A stretch of DNA of 63,483 nucleotides, filler included, from Asterionella formosa (lineage: Eukaryota), in the NCBI GenBank assembly GCA_002256025.1. It is 11 parts of 11 records of this genome, joined end to end, with 100 filler letters (N's around TTAATTAATTAA, not from the genome) between each part and the next. Parts side by side here need not be neighbours in the genome. Positions count along the whole stretch, not along the records: positions 1 to 24,568 come from NKIB01002214.1; positions 24,669 to 49,213 come from NKIB01002226.1; 9 more parts are not named here. One strand, given 5' to 3'. The first letter of the stretch is position 1. The number at the start of each line of letters is the position of its first letter. The position numbers and the translations under genes are program-made. Below the pieces are notes generated by a model, which ran no database searches, was not told where the DNA came from, and was given only the letters and a program-made list of their open reading frames with translations. Positions 22,783 to 35,380 of the stretch are shown here, in pieces.

Positions 22783-24568
22783 ATGATGTTCACACCTTAT
22801 TTGCAACCTTCAGTAGCGTCAACGACTCTAACTTGCCGACATTGTGGCGTTGGGGGTTGTGATGTAATGATAAAACCATGCAGCTGCATGTTTCATGCTG
22901 TAAGTTCAAAGTACAATCGTCCACAAAACTTTCAGGTGTGTCGCTTGATACGATTGGTCTCAGAATCTGCTTACGCGAACGTCTGAGTCTCGTCTCGTCT
23001 CGCTACTTAGCTTCGGCCATGAATTGAAAATACCATTCAACAAGAAAACAACCGCTGTTGCTACCGGTTGTAGAATCGCATGGGTCACTACTATGTCACA
23101 GAACAATGGACGGTTTCCTGCAATTCTGATTTTATTTAGAAGATGTTTTGCAGACTATTTCTTAGATTTTTTCGTTTCTGATTTCTCATCGTCTTACAAA
23201 CAACTTTTTTCTTACTTTACAGAGATGCACAGCACTCACTGCGGCTGCCCCCATGAAGTACTGCCCTTGCTGCAATTCATCGTGTAACGGCATGTACCTG
23301 ATGCCCATGTCATTTGGCGAAATGGACCAAGCCAAGAAAGCAGCCGCTGAGGCCGCAGTTTCTGGAAAGCGAGAAAGGAAGAGGAAGTCAGCCACCATTG
23401 CACGACTGCATCCAGAAGCTGGTTCTTCAACGTCATTAACAGAAATGGACTCTGGGGAGATTGGTGAATCTCGCACAGGGCGATGGACGCCGGAAGAGAT
23501 CGCCTATTGTGACCTTTTAGTTGCTAGTTTCGGAAACGGAGAACTTCCTGTTAACAATGGAACGAGGCTCAATGATTTTCTTGCAATCATGCTCAAGTCA
23601 AAACAATCTAGACTCACTAAGAAAATGAAAAATGCAAAGTTCTCCACACAGTCGTTTCAACGTACTGTCGGGTACATTTCGAAGCCACTAGAAGCTCGTC
23701 AATTCTCGGAAGCGGAAGAATCCTTTATCAACAGCATTTCATGCAGTATGGAACGCGCTGAAATTAGATTTCATGTGCAGAAAGAATGGAGAGAGTTGTT
23801 TTCGGGAGTTTGTGTGTCGTTGGGACAGGCACTTAACGCTGACGATTGGCTCGTCACAGTGGAGGAAGTCGACAGGAGATTGAGCGCGTCCAAGGACCTG
23901 GCGCGAATGCAACGTCGCAAGAAAATGATGGGATACGCTCTGTCCGAAGATAGTAAGAATCAAGATGAGGGTGTTTTTATTGATCGCATGTCGGATGTGA
24001 GTGATCAAGAGGGAAGCGTAAACGGAAGCGTCAGCTGTATCGTCGCAAAGCCCCTAGTTGCCAAAAAAACTCCTGTGAGGATTCAGCCACCACCATTTTT
24101 GGGACGTGTTATTTCGTATATGGAAAGGCACATGGTGCCATTTGAACACATTGATGCGTGGGTCCCATCGTTCGTCAATAACCAGCGAGATCAAAAGTGC
24201 AGACTGTGCTACGCTGGGGCCGCAACATCTGACATGCAAGTTGGTTTGAATAGCCGTGGATCTATGCCAATATCAATGGAAGATAAAGTGGATCTGTATG
24301 CGTTTGGGGATTACTCAAAGAAATTTTCTTTCGATGTTGGGTGTGGACTACCGGGTCGTGTCTATCAATCCGGAGTTCCATCATGGGAGCAGAATGTGCA
24401 ATCTGCTCCACTTTCTCACTTTGAACGGGGTGGTGGAGCGAGTCAGTGGGGAATAAAGACGGTCTTAGGAGTGCCCATTCCGTCCCCTAATGTAGGGCGT
24501 ATTGTGGTTTTAATGTATTCACGGTATGATCGCACCCGAGACCAAGAAATGGTGGTGAAATTGGTGAA
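22783..24568 (+). CDS. Second paralog of the RING/Myb-like/GAF-like regulator; 3' truncated by scaffold end
   Basis: Exon 1 22783-22899; intron 22900-23222 (GTAAGT..TACAG) at the same HA|RC position as paralog 1; exon 2 from 23223. RTGRWTPEE, KSKQSRLTKKMKNAK and FSFDVGCGLPGRVYQSG are identical to paralog 1. Confidence 0.85.
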
Positions 24569-24668
24569 NNNNNNNNNNNNNNNNNNNNNNNNNNNNNNNN
24601 NNNNNNNNNNNNTTAATTAATTAANNNNNNNNNNNNNNNNNNNNNNNNNNNNNNNNNNNNNNNNNNNN
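24569..24668. other. Artificial contig spacer (N44-TTAATTAATTAA-N44); also at 49214, 50801, 52387, 53973, 55559, 57145, 58731, 60316 and 61900
   Basis: Identical six-frame-stop linker; the intervening short contigs are 1484-1487 bp in descending length order. Confidence 0.97.
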
Positions 24669-27600
24669 TCGCTTGTATTTTCTTCATCTTCTTTTTGATC
24701 AATGTTATATATATTGGTATGATCGCCAAAATGTAGTGTTTGAACATGACAAATTTTGGCCCTTTTCTTTAATGACGACGAAAAGTCATCAGCAGGTGAT
24801 GGTGGAGATTGATGAAATCCATCATATTCTTCCTGACCGTCGTCTGGACCAGTTGCTGGTTTACGAAACAACTCAGCAGCTGTTTCGCATTCAGGGCTAT
24901 GTGCGTAATGACGGTGAAGGGAAACAAATGGACCCTTACCACATATCAAACAGCAATCGTCGTCGTTCATGGTGATAAAACACGATTAAATAGCGATTAT
25001 GTACCGATATTTGTTTAATAGAAAGAGACAACGGCCGATATAGATTTTTGATCCATCATTTGTAAAACCACAAAATAAATTATCTCATTCAATTCGATTT
25101 AACACAGCTATACATCCAATGCTACTTTCACTAAGGCCAGCCACTTGCTAGAGATATGACTGTTGACTATTTGAAGTATCTCGGAAATACCTCTCATTTT
25201 CGACTGACTACAACGATATTCGATGAACACTAAAATAGTACCGGTATGCGACTCCTTTTTCTATAGATCTACGGGTGCCAGTATATATAAAACGTATCTA
25301 CAAACGTTTCTTTTGATTTGATTTGTTAACCGAATTTCATTTGATAAAAAATCATTGTAGACAAATTGTAGTCTTTCCGAAAAGAAATAGCTTTGGTTAC
25401 AGCTCTTTTTTTCTACTCAGGCCGACTACAATGACATGATCATCAGATGAACGCGAATACATGCAACAGCTATTTCTGTGTATCAAAATTCGCATATTCG
25501 ATAGATTTGCTACAGCTAGATATTTTCCCTGTTGGAGTTTTCATTGTAGCGGTAGTTTTGCTTATAGATGCTGCGAAAAGGTGGGAAAAATAGTTGACTT
25601 AATTCAGACATCCTATGTAGTGCAATCTAGCGGTATTACTAGTACTAACCTTTTGCAAATCACAACGTTGAAAATCGTGACGATTCACCATGTTCGTCAG
25701 ATTTTCGTGAGGTCTGCATTGCTCGCCAAAAAGTATACTGACAAAGCATAGACTGCGCGCCAGCTTTTTGTTGTGTAGAATGTACACATGGCTAGTACAA
25801 AGCAAAGGTATAGGAGGAGGACCGCCCGCGCCAGGTTTCTTTTAATGGAAAACAGCTACTGGCTAGAACGTGGTGAAGGAACAAATTATAACTTTCGTGG
25901 TAAAATGCATGATGCATTGTGGTTATTGTTATTCTTGTCGTTGTTGTTGTTGTCGTTGTTGTTGTCGCTATCGCTGTTGTTTCTGCTGTTATCCCTTTGG
26001 ATCTTAATGTTGGAAACAAGGAGCTAGCTGGTGGTGCACTGTGGTTACTGTGGCGGTATACCCGTCTCTTGCTTGTTCTTTGCCCTCCGTTTGAACTGAA
26101 TATGCATTGTTTGTTAAGAAATGGAAAAAGGTCTTGTGTGAGTTTAAACAGCTATGATCTTACTCTGTGAATCATGTTCTTCGCTTCCAGAAAAGCAACG
26201 AGGACTCAGTTGCGGGCCGGTTCTGGAAGAAACAGACAGGCAATTGTTTTGTTATTCCTCGTCAGTAGTACAGAAAGGATGCATCTGAAAGTTCGAGAAA
26301 TATTTGGTACGCAGTTAATATTTTGGAAAATGGAGACAGGTCATTTGTTACATTGTTGTTGTTTTTCCTCTTGTTGCTCTGTACCATCGTGTTCTTCGAC
26401 TGTGTTCGGAACTTTTTTGATTGTTGTAGTAGTTTCTCTATCTCCATTTCGTTTTTCCTCTTCTTTGTTCCGTTTGTATTTGGAACAGTGGTCAGTCATG
26501 AACTTACTCTGTGAATCTTGTTCTTTTCCTACAGGCAATCAAAATGTTTTTGGCAGGGCAGGGTTGAACCTTGGGAAGAATGAAATGTGTCGTGCTCTGC
26601 GTCAGGCAGGCTATCAATCATTTGTTTTTCGCATTGTCAAAACGATTCCTCTGCTGCAAAGGGGACAATTATATACATGGTAAGCAAGTGCAATATTGTC
26701 TTGCCTTCTGCTGATATCGTTTGCTTGTGCTTGTTGTGGGCGGATCTCCTCTCCTATTCTCCTTTGTCTTTGTTCGGAATTGTTAGCGCATTAATTGCTA
26801 TTTGTAATGAATTATCAAAAGGGCTAGATTGCTTGCTCGTTGATCACAAACTTACTCTGCAAACGCTGTTCTTGGTCTACAGACAATCAATCTGTTGAGC
26901 GAGAGATTTGTTGGGAATCAGGCTGCGGCATGGTAGCTAAGCACAACGAAAATGATGCCTTTGTAACGATTGTTTGCTTGTTCATGAACTCACTCTGGGA
27001 TTGTTGTTCCCTGATCGCAGACAATCATATGATCAGGGCTGGGTTGGCCATTGGGGAACATGGTAAGGAGCACAGCAGAGCCGAAATCATGGCTTCGTAA
27101 CTTTTTCTCATCAACTCACTCTGCAAATGTTTCCATCTTTCTACAAAAGACAATCAATCCGAGCAATGATAATGAGCAGCTGGCTCATTTGCTATGAATT
27201 GATCTACCGTTAGTAGTAACAGGGATTCCTGCAAGTAATATGAGTAGCCAAGCAATCTTGCGATTAGTTACAGCATCCAGCTGCAAGAATGAACATTCAT
27301 TGCTTGTTGTATTGGCTTGAGAATCACGCTCTATAGAAAGTATCAATTTAAACTACATAGCAAAGCGATTAATTTGATTGATTTTGCGATTGTAGAATAG
27401 AATTGAAAAAATGAATTGGTTGCACATAATTATTTGTTTGACTAGCATATATATTTGTTTAACCTTGAGGTATTAATGTGATCAAAGTAAAGATAAAATG
27501 GGAGCAAACTAACAGAATTAATGGTAGTCAGAGGGAAGAATATTTGTGAACGGAAATGTTGCGAATTGTAGAGAAAAGTATGTCGCCAGAAAATATTGTC

Positions 27601-27829
27601 AGTTGGCCCCAAAAATTATGTGGGTTTCTAAAATAATTATGGAAGTTGTCAAAACTATTTTAGTTCACTCCGTCCATACATATTGTATGATGCATCATAT
27701 TTTTTGTGATGTCATACCCTTAAATTATGTACGTGGCTAAATTCGTCATGTTGGACCACCCAAATAATTAATTTGGGTGATCATATTCGACCAGCGTTTT
27801 GTTTGTGGCGGCTGTACCAGTAATCGGCG

Positions 27830-30800
27830 TTGTAGATGTGGTTAGTGGTATTTCTCAGAACACGCTCCTACCTGCTGGGGTCCCTAGCCCAAGCATGACT
27901 GGCACCCCATCAAATGCTGGAGGGGTTTTGGTCATAGGCGGAACATGGGTGCTATTGTGACAAATAACCGCCACATTGGTTGGCTAAATAAACTCCAGGA
28001 ATCTAATGACTATCAAGGCTGTTTTTAGGCTGAAATTGATACTAGGGCAGATACTGTGTGTGCAGGCCAAAGTTTTGCGTTAATTCATCAAACCGGTCGC
28101 ATCAAGTGGTTTTCATAGTGACCTCGGCGCCATTACAGGTGTTCCCAAAGCACAGGTTGCAACTGCATATGACACCACAGACCAAGAAACTCTAATCCTT
28201 GTTTTCAGTGAAATCCTCTATTTTGGCAAGACAATGAAGACCTCACTGATCCCTCCGCAACAGGTTTGCGATAATGGGTTACTCTGTGACCCACTTCCCC
28301 GTCAATATTCCAAGAACTCCTTCCATGGTATTCATGACCCCTTGTCTGGTATCTCTATCCCATTCCAGCTTCACGGCTGTATCTCATATTTCCTGGTTCG
28401 TCTCGTCCCAACCGCGTCCGAATTGCAAGAATGTTGCTGGATTAAGATGACCAGTGAGTGGGAATGGAATCCTTATGATTCATGTTTCAATGAACAAGAA
28501 CGCCCATACCTGTACCATGCTACCATAGGTCTTGTCTCAGCCTCAGCAACTCTAGGTACTTGTCATCTCCCACTTTACATTCACTCAAATGTTATGACTT
28601 TATGTGCAACAGATATGTTGCCAATACATCCAGCAGGAATTGGCACTCTCAAGTTGACTTCTACACCTTGTCCCGCCGATGGGGAATCAGACCTTCAGCC
28701 ATGAAAACCCTTGATTCCACTTCACAGTGGGGTTGGAGATGCATTGAAGACCAATTTACACGCCGTTTCAGAACCCGACAGGCTCATATGCGTTACCCCC
28801 ACCTTCGAGCTGGAGTCTTTACAGATAAAATTTTCAATGACACAACCAGTGTACGTCGGAATAACTGTGCACAATTATTTGTGACAGACGACGGACATTC
28901 CCGTATTTAACCACTGCCAAGCAAGGGGCAGGCCTTTGATAAGCTTGCCCTCTACTGTTCCAGTGTTGGGATACCTCTGTTTCTGTTGTCTGATAACTCA
29001 GGGGAAGAAACAGGTTCAGACTGGGAACGAGTGCAAAATAAATACCTATTCCAACAGAGGACAACAGGACAACATTCTCCTTGGCAGAATCATGCCGAAC
29101 GAGAGATACAAGAACTAAAACGACATTTCATGCATATTATGCATAGAGCCAAATGTCCAGAACGGTTTTGGGAGTACGGTACTATTGAATATACCTTGCA
29201 AATCAGAGAACGAATGTCACGTCATCTGACAAATGAATGCACCCCAAACAAAAAGCTGACTGGCATCACGCCAGATATATCTGAATATTTACATTTCGAT
29301 TACTACGGCTGGGTAAAGTACCATGATGTCAGAGGAGGAGGGACAGAAAATGATCTTAGGAGACGGCTTAGTGTTGCAGAAAACGTAGGACAGGCAATGT
29401 GATACGATGTGTTAAAGCAGAATGGCAGGATTATTGCCAGATCCACAGTTCGACCCATAACGAAAGAGGAGTGGACCGATGTCACTGAACAAAATATGCA
29501 ACTGAATTTTGACAAGGAGATTGTGGACATCTCTTTAGTATTTGATGAAACACTCATCCATAATGCCCCTAATGAAGAAATGGAAGAACCATTTCACCCA
29601 CAACAGGAAATGGATAACCATGCTGCTCCTCTTAGTCCCGCTGATAACACAAGAGAAGCTGTTTCAGGCGCACCTGAATTGAAAAATTGAAAAATGCCGA
29701 AATATACCTCCCGAGAGGGGACAGGAATGAAATTGCTTAAGTCTTGGGGCGGAAACGTATTCAAGAAGGTCTATATATTGGAAGGAAACACTCAAATCCT
29801 CGACTGGACTCAAGGATCTTCACTGTGGAGTTCTCAGATGGATAACAACAGGACATAACTTATAACATCCTTGCAGAACATATGTACACACAAATCAACA
29901 CAGAAGGCAAACAATACCGTTTTTTCGTTGGAATCATTAATCATCGCAAGAATTCAAAGGCAATTGACAAAGCCTATCAATACAGTGTTATGCATGGAAA
30001 ACAGGCAAAGAAAAGGACTACTGCTGGGTGGCAATTTGAAGTAGAATGGAAAGATGGCACAACATCTTGGTTGCCCTTAAAGGAACTAAAAGAGACAAAC
30101 CCAGTGAAAGTGTCAAATTATGCTATTGCTAATAGCATTGACAGTAAACCCAATCTCAATTGGTGGACCAAGGATTTACTTCACAAACAAAAACGATTGA
30201 TTAAGTTATCACAGAAACGCGCCATTCAGACTGGATACGAGCTTGGTTTACGCCTCCCCTTCACAGTGATGGAGGCTTTGGAGATGGACCAGGAAAGTAA
30301 TAACAATCTATGGCATGATGCAATTATGAATGAGATGTCTAATGTTCGAGTGGCTTTTGAACTAAAAGAAAGAAATACACAGCCACCTGTTGGTTATAAA
30401 CACATTCCCATGAAAATGATTTTTGATATCAAGATTTATTTCACTCGAAAAGCTCGTCTGGTTGCTGAAGGTCATAAGACCAATCCCCCGATATCTCTAA
30501 CATACTCAATGGTTTTCAGGGATAGTGTTCGAATGGCCTTCCTGATTCCCCCAACAAACAATTTGAATATCATGATGGCTGGCATTGGTAATGCTCACCT
30601 AAATGCCAAGACTGAGGAAAGAGTTTATGCTATTACAGGCCCATACTTTGGTGATGACGAAGGGAAAATTACTGTTATTGTCCGAACGTTATAAGGATTA
30701 AAAGGTCTGGAGCCACATGGCGAGCTCATTTTGCTTCAACACTCCGTGATATAGGATTCATACCCAGTTATGCAGATCCTGATATGTGGTATCGAGAGGC

Positions 30801-31229
30801 CAGTTCAGAAGAAAGTATCATGGACGATTATGAATATATTCTTATTTATGTCGATGAAATTTTATGCATTGCAAAAGATCCAGGAAAGATTATCAACTGC
30901 TTTGCGTAACCACCCTATTTGTACTGTCTGAAAGATGTTGGGCCTCCAACAATATATGTAGGAGCGAAAATTAGTAGACATCAGCTCAATAATGATAGGG
31001 AGACCTGGTTTATTTCGGCTTAAGAATACTTCGCCAAGGCAATACCTATCATTGAGGAAAATTATGGGGCGCTAAAAGCTTTATTCAAAGGAAAATTGGA
31101 TGCGCCTGCTGCTCCAGACTACCACCCAGAATTAGATTCCTTGGATTTCCTGTATGATAATGACACATGATTATAACAAAGCTATGTTGGCATTTCGCGT
31201 TGGGCAATAGAACTAGGCCGCATTGATCT
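27830..31229 (+). mobile_element. Degenerate Ty1/copia (CoDi-like) retrotransposon pol remnant
   Basis: PR-IN-RT order: AEIDTRADTVCAG (~28030); SDNSGEE..HSPWQNHAEREIQELK (integrase); TTAGWQFEVEWKDGTTSWLPLKELKE; IFDIK..RKARLVA; LIYVDE (~30845). Many stops and frameshifts; no LTRs identified. Confidence 0.88.
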
Positions 31230-31653
31230 GGCGGTCCATTAAACTTTTTGCATAAAAGTGTCCGAAAATGCATAATGAGTTAGTCGGGGAAACTCGGGAT
31301 TACTTTTTTGACTTAACTTGTAGCAAATCAATATTGATTTCTATCAATGATAGAAACTTTTTCTAACTAAATTTTCAATGAATCTTTTTACTTAGTATGT
31401 TGAAAATCGAAAAATAAAAATATAGTTGTACTACAGTACATTTTGTCAAGAAATCGGATGCATAATGCATCAGATGTACTTACATTTTCGACATGGAACA
31501 CATCATACATGCAACAAACCTTGTATATACTTTGTACATTACGTATATAGCGTTACATATTACCGATGTATATGCTTGGCATACATACTAGTACTGGGTA
31601 CGTACTACCAGTCCTTGCAGGCGTGTTTGTACAGCTGCCTGTAATATGGGGTT

Positions 31654-32105
31654 GATGAGACAGCAACTCCATCTTGACCATGATGACATTATGGATTTGA
31701 ATATCTTCACGAATATTGACAATGAGCAATTCCTATTTCGCACGTGTATGTACACCAACATAGACGAGATTATCTTTCAATAATAAAGCTTTTTGCACTA
31801 GTATTGAAAACAAAAAGTTGAAATCGGCCCTGGAAGTTGTTTTTGGTCGTCATTTGCTCAGTTTTGAAGATATGACCAGCAATAACGAAACAGTGTTGAG
31901 TCCGCGGTGATTAGCTTGATAACTTTGATTCGATAAGGTTTTCTATGCTTTGTAAAAACAGATGAGAAAACTTGAGCAACAGTATTCTCGGATAGGGTAC
32001 AACATTTCAAGATGCAAGAAAATCCTCTACGTCAATTTTGTAGTGACTTTCATGTAAACGCTAATTGTCGTGGTCCATCATATTTCTATGGAATCTTGAG
32101 TAGGG
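31654..32105 (+). repeat. Dispersed ~440-bp repeat, second copy at ~37770-38197
   Basis: Both begin GATGAGACAGCAACTCCATCTTGACCATGA and end CTATGGAATCTTGAG(T/C)AGG; diverged in between. Confidence 0.75.
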
Positions 32106-33599
32106 GGTTAAATATAGTCATAAATGCGACATCTACTATGTTTACATGGTACATAATGAAATAGTTTATCATGTACGCAATTACTGCTATTATATGCCAG
32201 TAGTAGAGTACATGATAATCATGAGTGCCTTCCGAAACCCCAAATAGTAGTAACAATTATGAGTACTACTACTATGGAATTGAAAACCCTTTGTTTGTAT
32301 TCAATATAAAATGATATCAAAAGATTATATTATATTGGTAGGTAGTTACTGTATTTTTCAATAGATTCTACTCACCCCGATAAAGAATATCTAAGAACTC
32401 TTTCCGCACCCAGATATTATACAGGTGCAACAATGGTCACATTCATGGCAGCACCTCGCAAGTGACACATGGTTGCCATTTTGAGAGTTTTTGTATATTT
32501 ACGAAAACACATTTCTTGTAAGTTGGTTGTTGATCCATGAAGTAGTAAGGAACGGAAGGTGTCGTACTTTGACAGTACATTTGGAGGTATCTGCATCAAT
32601 TGTATGCGTTACTTTCACCAATTGACCTTGAATGAATCATTTCATTTGTGCGGTTTTGAGGAAGTTTACTATTTTCAATGAATGTGTGGATATTGATCTT
32701 ATCTGCGAGCTTCTTCTATATCTCAGTTGTATTAATCGAAACCAACTTTAGCGAGTACAGTAAATCCAATTTTATGGTTTGGGCTACTTCTCTGAACCAG
32801 TTTGCCCATCGGACCTCTGTGATCGTTCATCTAAACACTACTGGGCTTTCCTCCAACTACTCGATCCAATCAGTTTTTTCCGAACAGGAATCAAGACTCA
32901 TGATCAATATTTACTGGGTCCAGTTAGATCATACAAGCACAAGTTAAGTAAGCAAGGAAAGTGTCTTCTGCATGGCACAAATGTTGGTGATTCAATTCAT
33001 GGCAGCACAGAGGCCTACACTTTCTTGAGTATCCGTGGAAAATATATATTAAACAGGACCCTGAGAACTATGTATCTTTGTGAAGATACTGATATTCCCG
33101 AACATTTTCTTAATGCTGGTACCTATGTGGAAATTGTTGTGGTTGGTGGGTCTGTGAAGGGTCGCAATAACCTTAATGTAAACAGTTCAAGCCGAATCAA
33201 TGGTTTGACTTTGAGTTGGAATGATGAAATACTGAAGTTTTACAGAGAGCTTCTTGATGATATTGAGAAGCAGAATGCAATCGAAATGGAACGTGTATCA
33301 AACAGTAAGGGTATGCCCGACATCATTGGTAGACAAGACTATTTTCATTTTCCGGAGTTAACGACTGATGACTGGGATATTTACAATCAAGATCGTAATA
33401 AATTTTTACTTGTTCACCCCTTACCTTTGGACCGATCCAAGGAAGTAAATTCTCTGAACCTATTTGACTAGTATGAAGAAGAGGATATGGAGCTAGGCGA
33501 TAGTAATTGGAGACCATTTAAAAGTTTCCCTGAATAAAAACATATGGAATAAAACATTATATAAAGTATGATTACATAAATTGTGAGACTAGATCATAA

Positions 33600-34925
33600 A
33601 TTAGACCACCCTGCTCTGTCATGTTGCAATAAGAATGACGAAGATTTGTGGTTACAACCACATATTGATCCATCAGTGTGTATGTTGTTATCTTGTTGTT
33701 TCAGTTCAGAGACAGTGTGTCCATTTCTTTGCTTTATAGCTGGCAACAAATAGAAATGAATCTGTGGAGCACCATTCTTTAAAACTATTATCCAAAGCTC
33801 CTCCATGGACTGCATCTCCACGGATGAGAAAGATGAATTTGAATGGTGTGGAAAAATGTATGACATGTTTCTCATCCGCATAATTATCACATACATTTAA
33901 ACAGTTCCCTCCTAAAGACGAGGACATTATTATTCCCCAAGGCATAGGTGTTTCCCTTTAGCATTCTGTTGGTGTATAATCTTGGTGTGGTGTCTGAGGT
34001 TTTGGGTAGCCATTCTTTCCAGAATTGGTGAGCAACATAGTGGCAGTGTGTGGTGTAACTCTGTCGCTATTGCTGGAGACATCATCGGAACCTGGTAGTA
34101 ACAACTTTATCATATGCCAAAATGGTTTTACAGTGTTTGGCAGATCCAGCTTTGAATATTTTAAGCTGTCAGTATAATTCTTGAAAGGAAACACTCACAT
34201 GGCTTTTCCTTCCATGGTTTTTGCAAGTGCCTTACATGTTGTAGTCGTTTTGAATGTTTGTTTCAACAAAAGAATAGGAGGTTCATTGATTTTCTCGGAA
34301 GTACAAAAAGATTTCGCCACATGTAAAAATGTATCGTCGTTTTCTTCCGTTCCAAAAAACCCATCTGGAAGGAAAGATAAATTGAGGAAAAACATGCGTT
34401 CTTGTTCAATTCCTTCGATATCATAAAGGAAGTTATCTGTTCTCAGAATTGTTTTGATTCACCGTAATGAATCAGTGATGAAACATAGGAAATCGTCTAT
34501 TTTTGCTGTGTTTGGTGGTATAATGTTGTCTTTCTGATGTAATTTAAAATCTCGAGGAAAGTGAGTTTTCCATAGAATCATTGCTGGTCCTATATGATTC
34601 CGAAATTCCTTGAAGTTTCAAATGATGTTTTATCAAACAAGCCAGGCTCTAGGACCACATAGAATTTGTTGAGAACAAAATCCAGGACACGGTCATCTAG
34701 TCTCTCCATGTCTTTGTCATCATGATCAAAGTATCTAACCAGTAAGAGTCGTTCCTTGCTCTTCCGTTGTCTCTTGACCAGACATGAAGTAAAGTTTTTC
34801 CTGATTGAACAATCCTCTGTGATCGGTATCCCCTTCACAACCAAGATCATTCCATTCCTTGTAGCACTCGGAACATTTGCCATTGCAGATAGCAAGTGAT
34901 ATATTGCACTTTCAATAGCGTGCAA
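33600..34925 (-). pseudogene. Decayed gene with a C-terminal 2OG-Fe(II) dioxygenase (PhyH-like) domain
   Basis: Consecutive broken ORFs give PQTPHQDY (HxD) ... PWGIIMS..G..LNV ... FLIRGDAVHGG (distal His), then QIHFYL in a shifted frame. Confidence 0.6.
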
Positions 34926-35039
34926 ATGTCAAGAGAAACGTGACTGTAACAGAAGGAAGCAGAAAGGGATAATGGTCTGTCAACTATAGGATTAGACAGT
35001 GGGTGAGTGCTGGATCGGTAAGCGATGTCATACCGACAA

Positions 35040-35380
35040 ACGTAGTAATAGCAATTAGATTGGTAGTGCAAAACTACAGTTTCGTAGTACCAATGTAGTA
35101 ATAGGTATAGTTTCACAGTAGCCACATCATGTTCCTACCAGAAGGAAGGAATGCTGGTAGGGCAAAGCTCCAGTTTCATAGTACAAGGGTAGTAATAGGT
35201 ATAGTTCCACAATAGCCATGTCATGTTCCGACCAGGTATTGAAACAAGGGGAAAACAGGAATGCTGGTAGGGCAGCAAAGCTAAAGTTTCATAGTACCAG
35301 CGTAGTAATAGGTATAGTTTCTCAGTAGCCACGTCATGTTCCGATCGGGTATTGAAACAAGGGGAAAACAGGAATGCTGG
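35040..35380. repeat. Tandem repeat, about three copies of a ~100-120-bp unit
   Basis: Recurring GTAGTAATAGGTATAGTT..AGCCA..TCATGTTCC and GGAATGCTGGT(A/T). Confidence 0.75.

Noticed and set aside
24669..27200. C2H2-like ORF start (24669-24970, minus) and Gln/Thr-rich broken minus-strand frames
   Set aside because: Possibly transposon remnants, but truncated or decayed with no motif I can assign.
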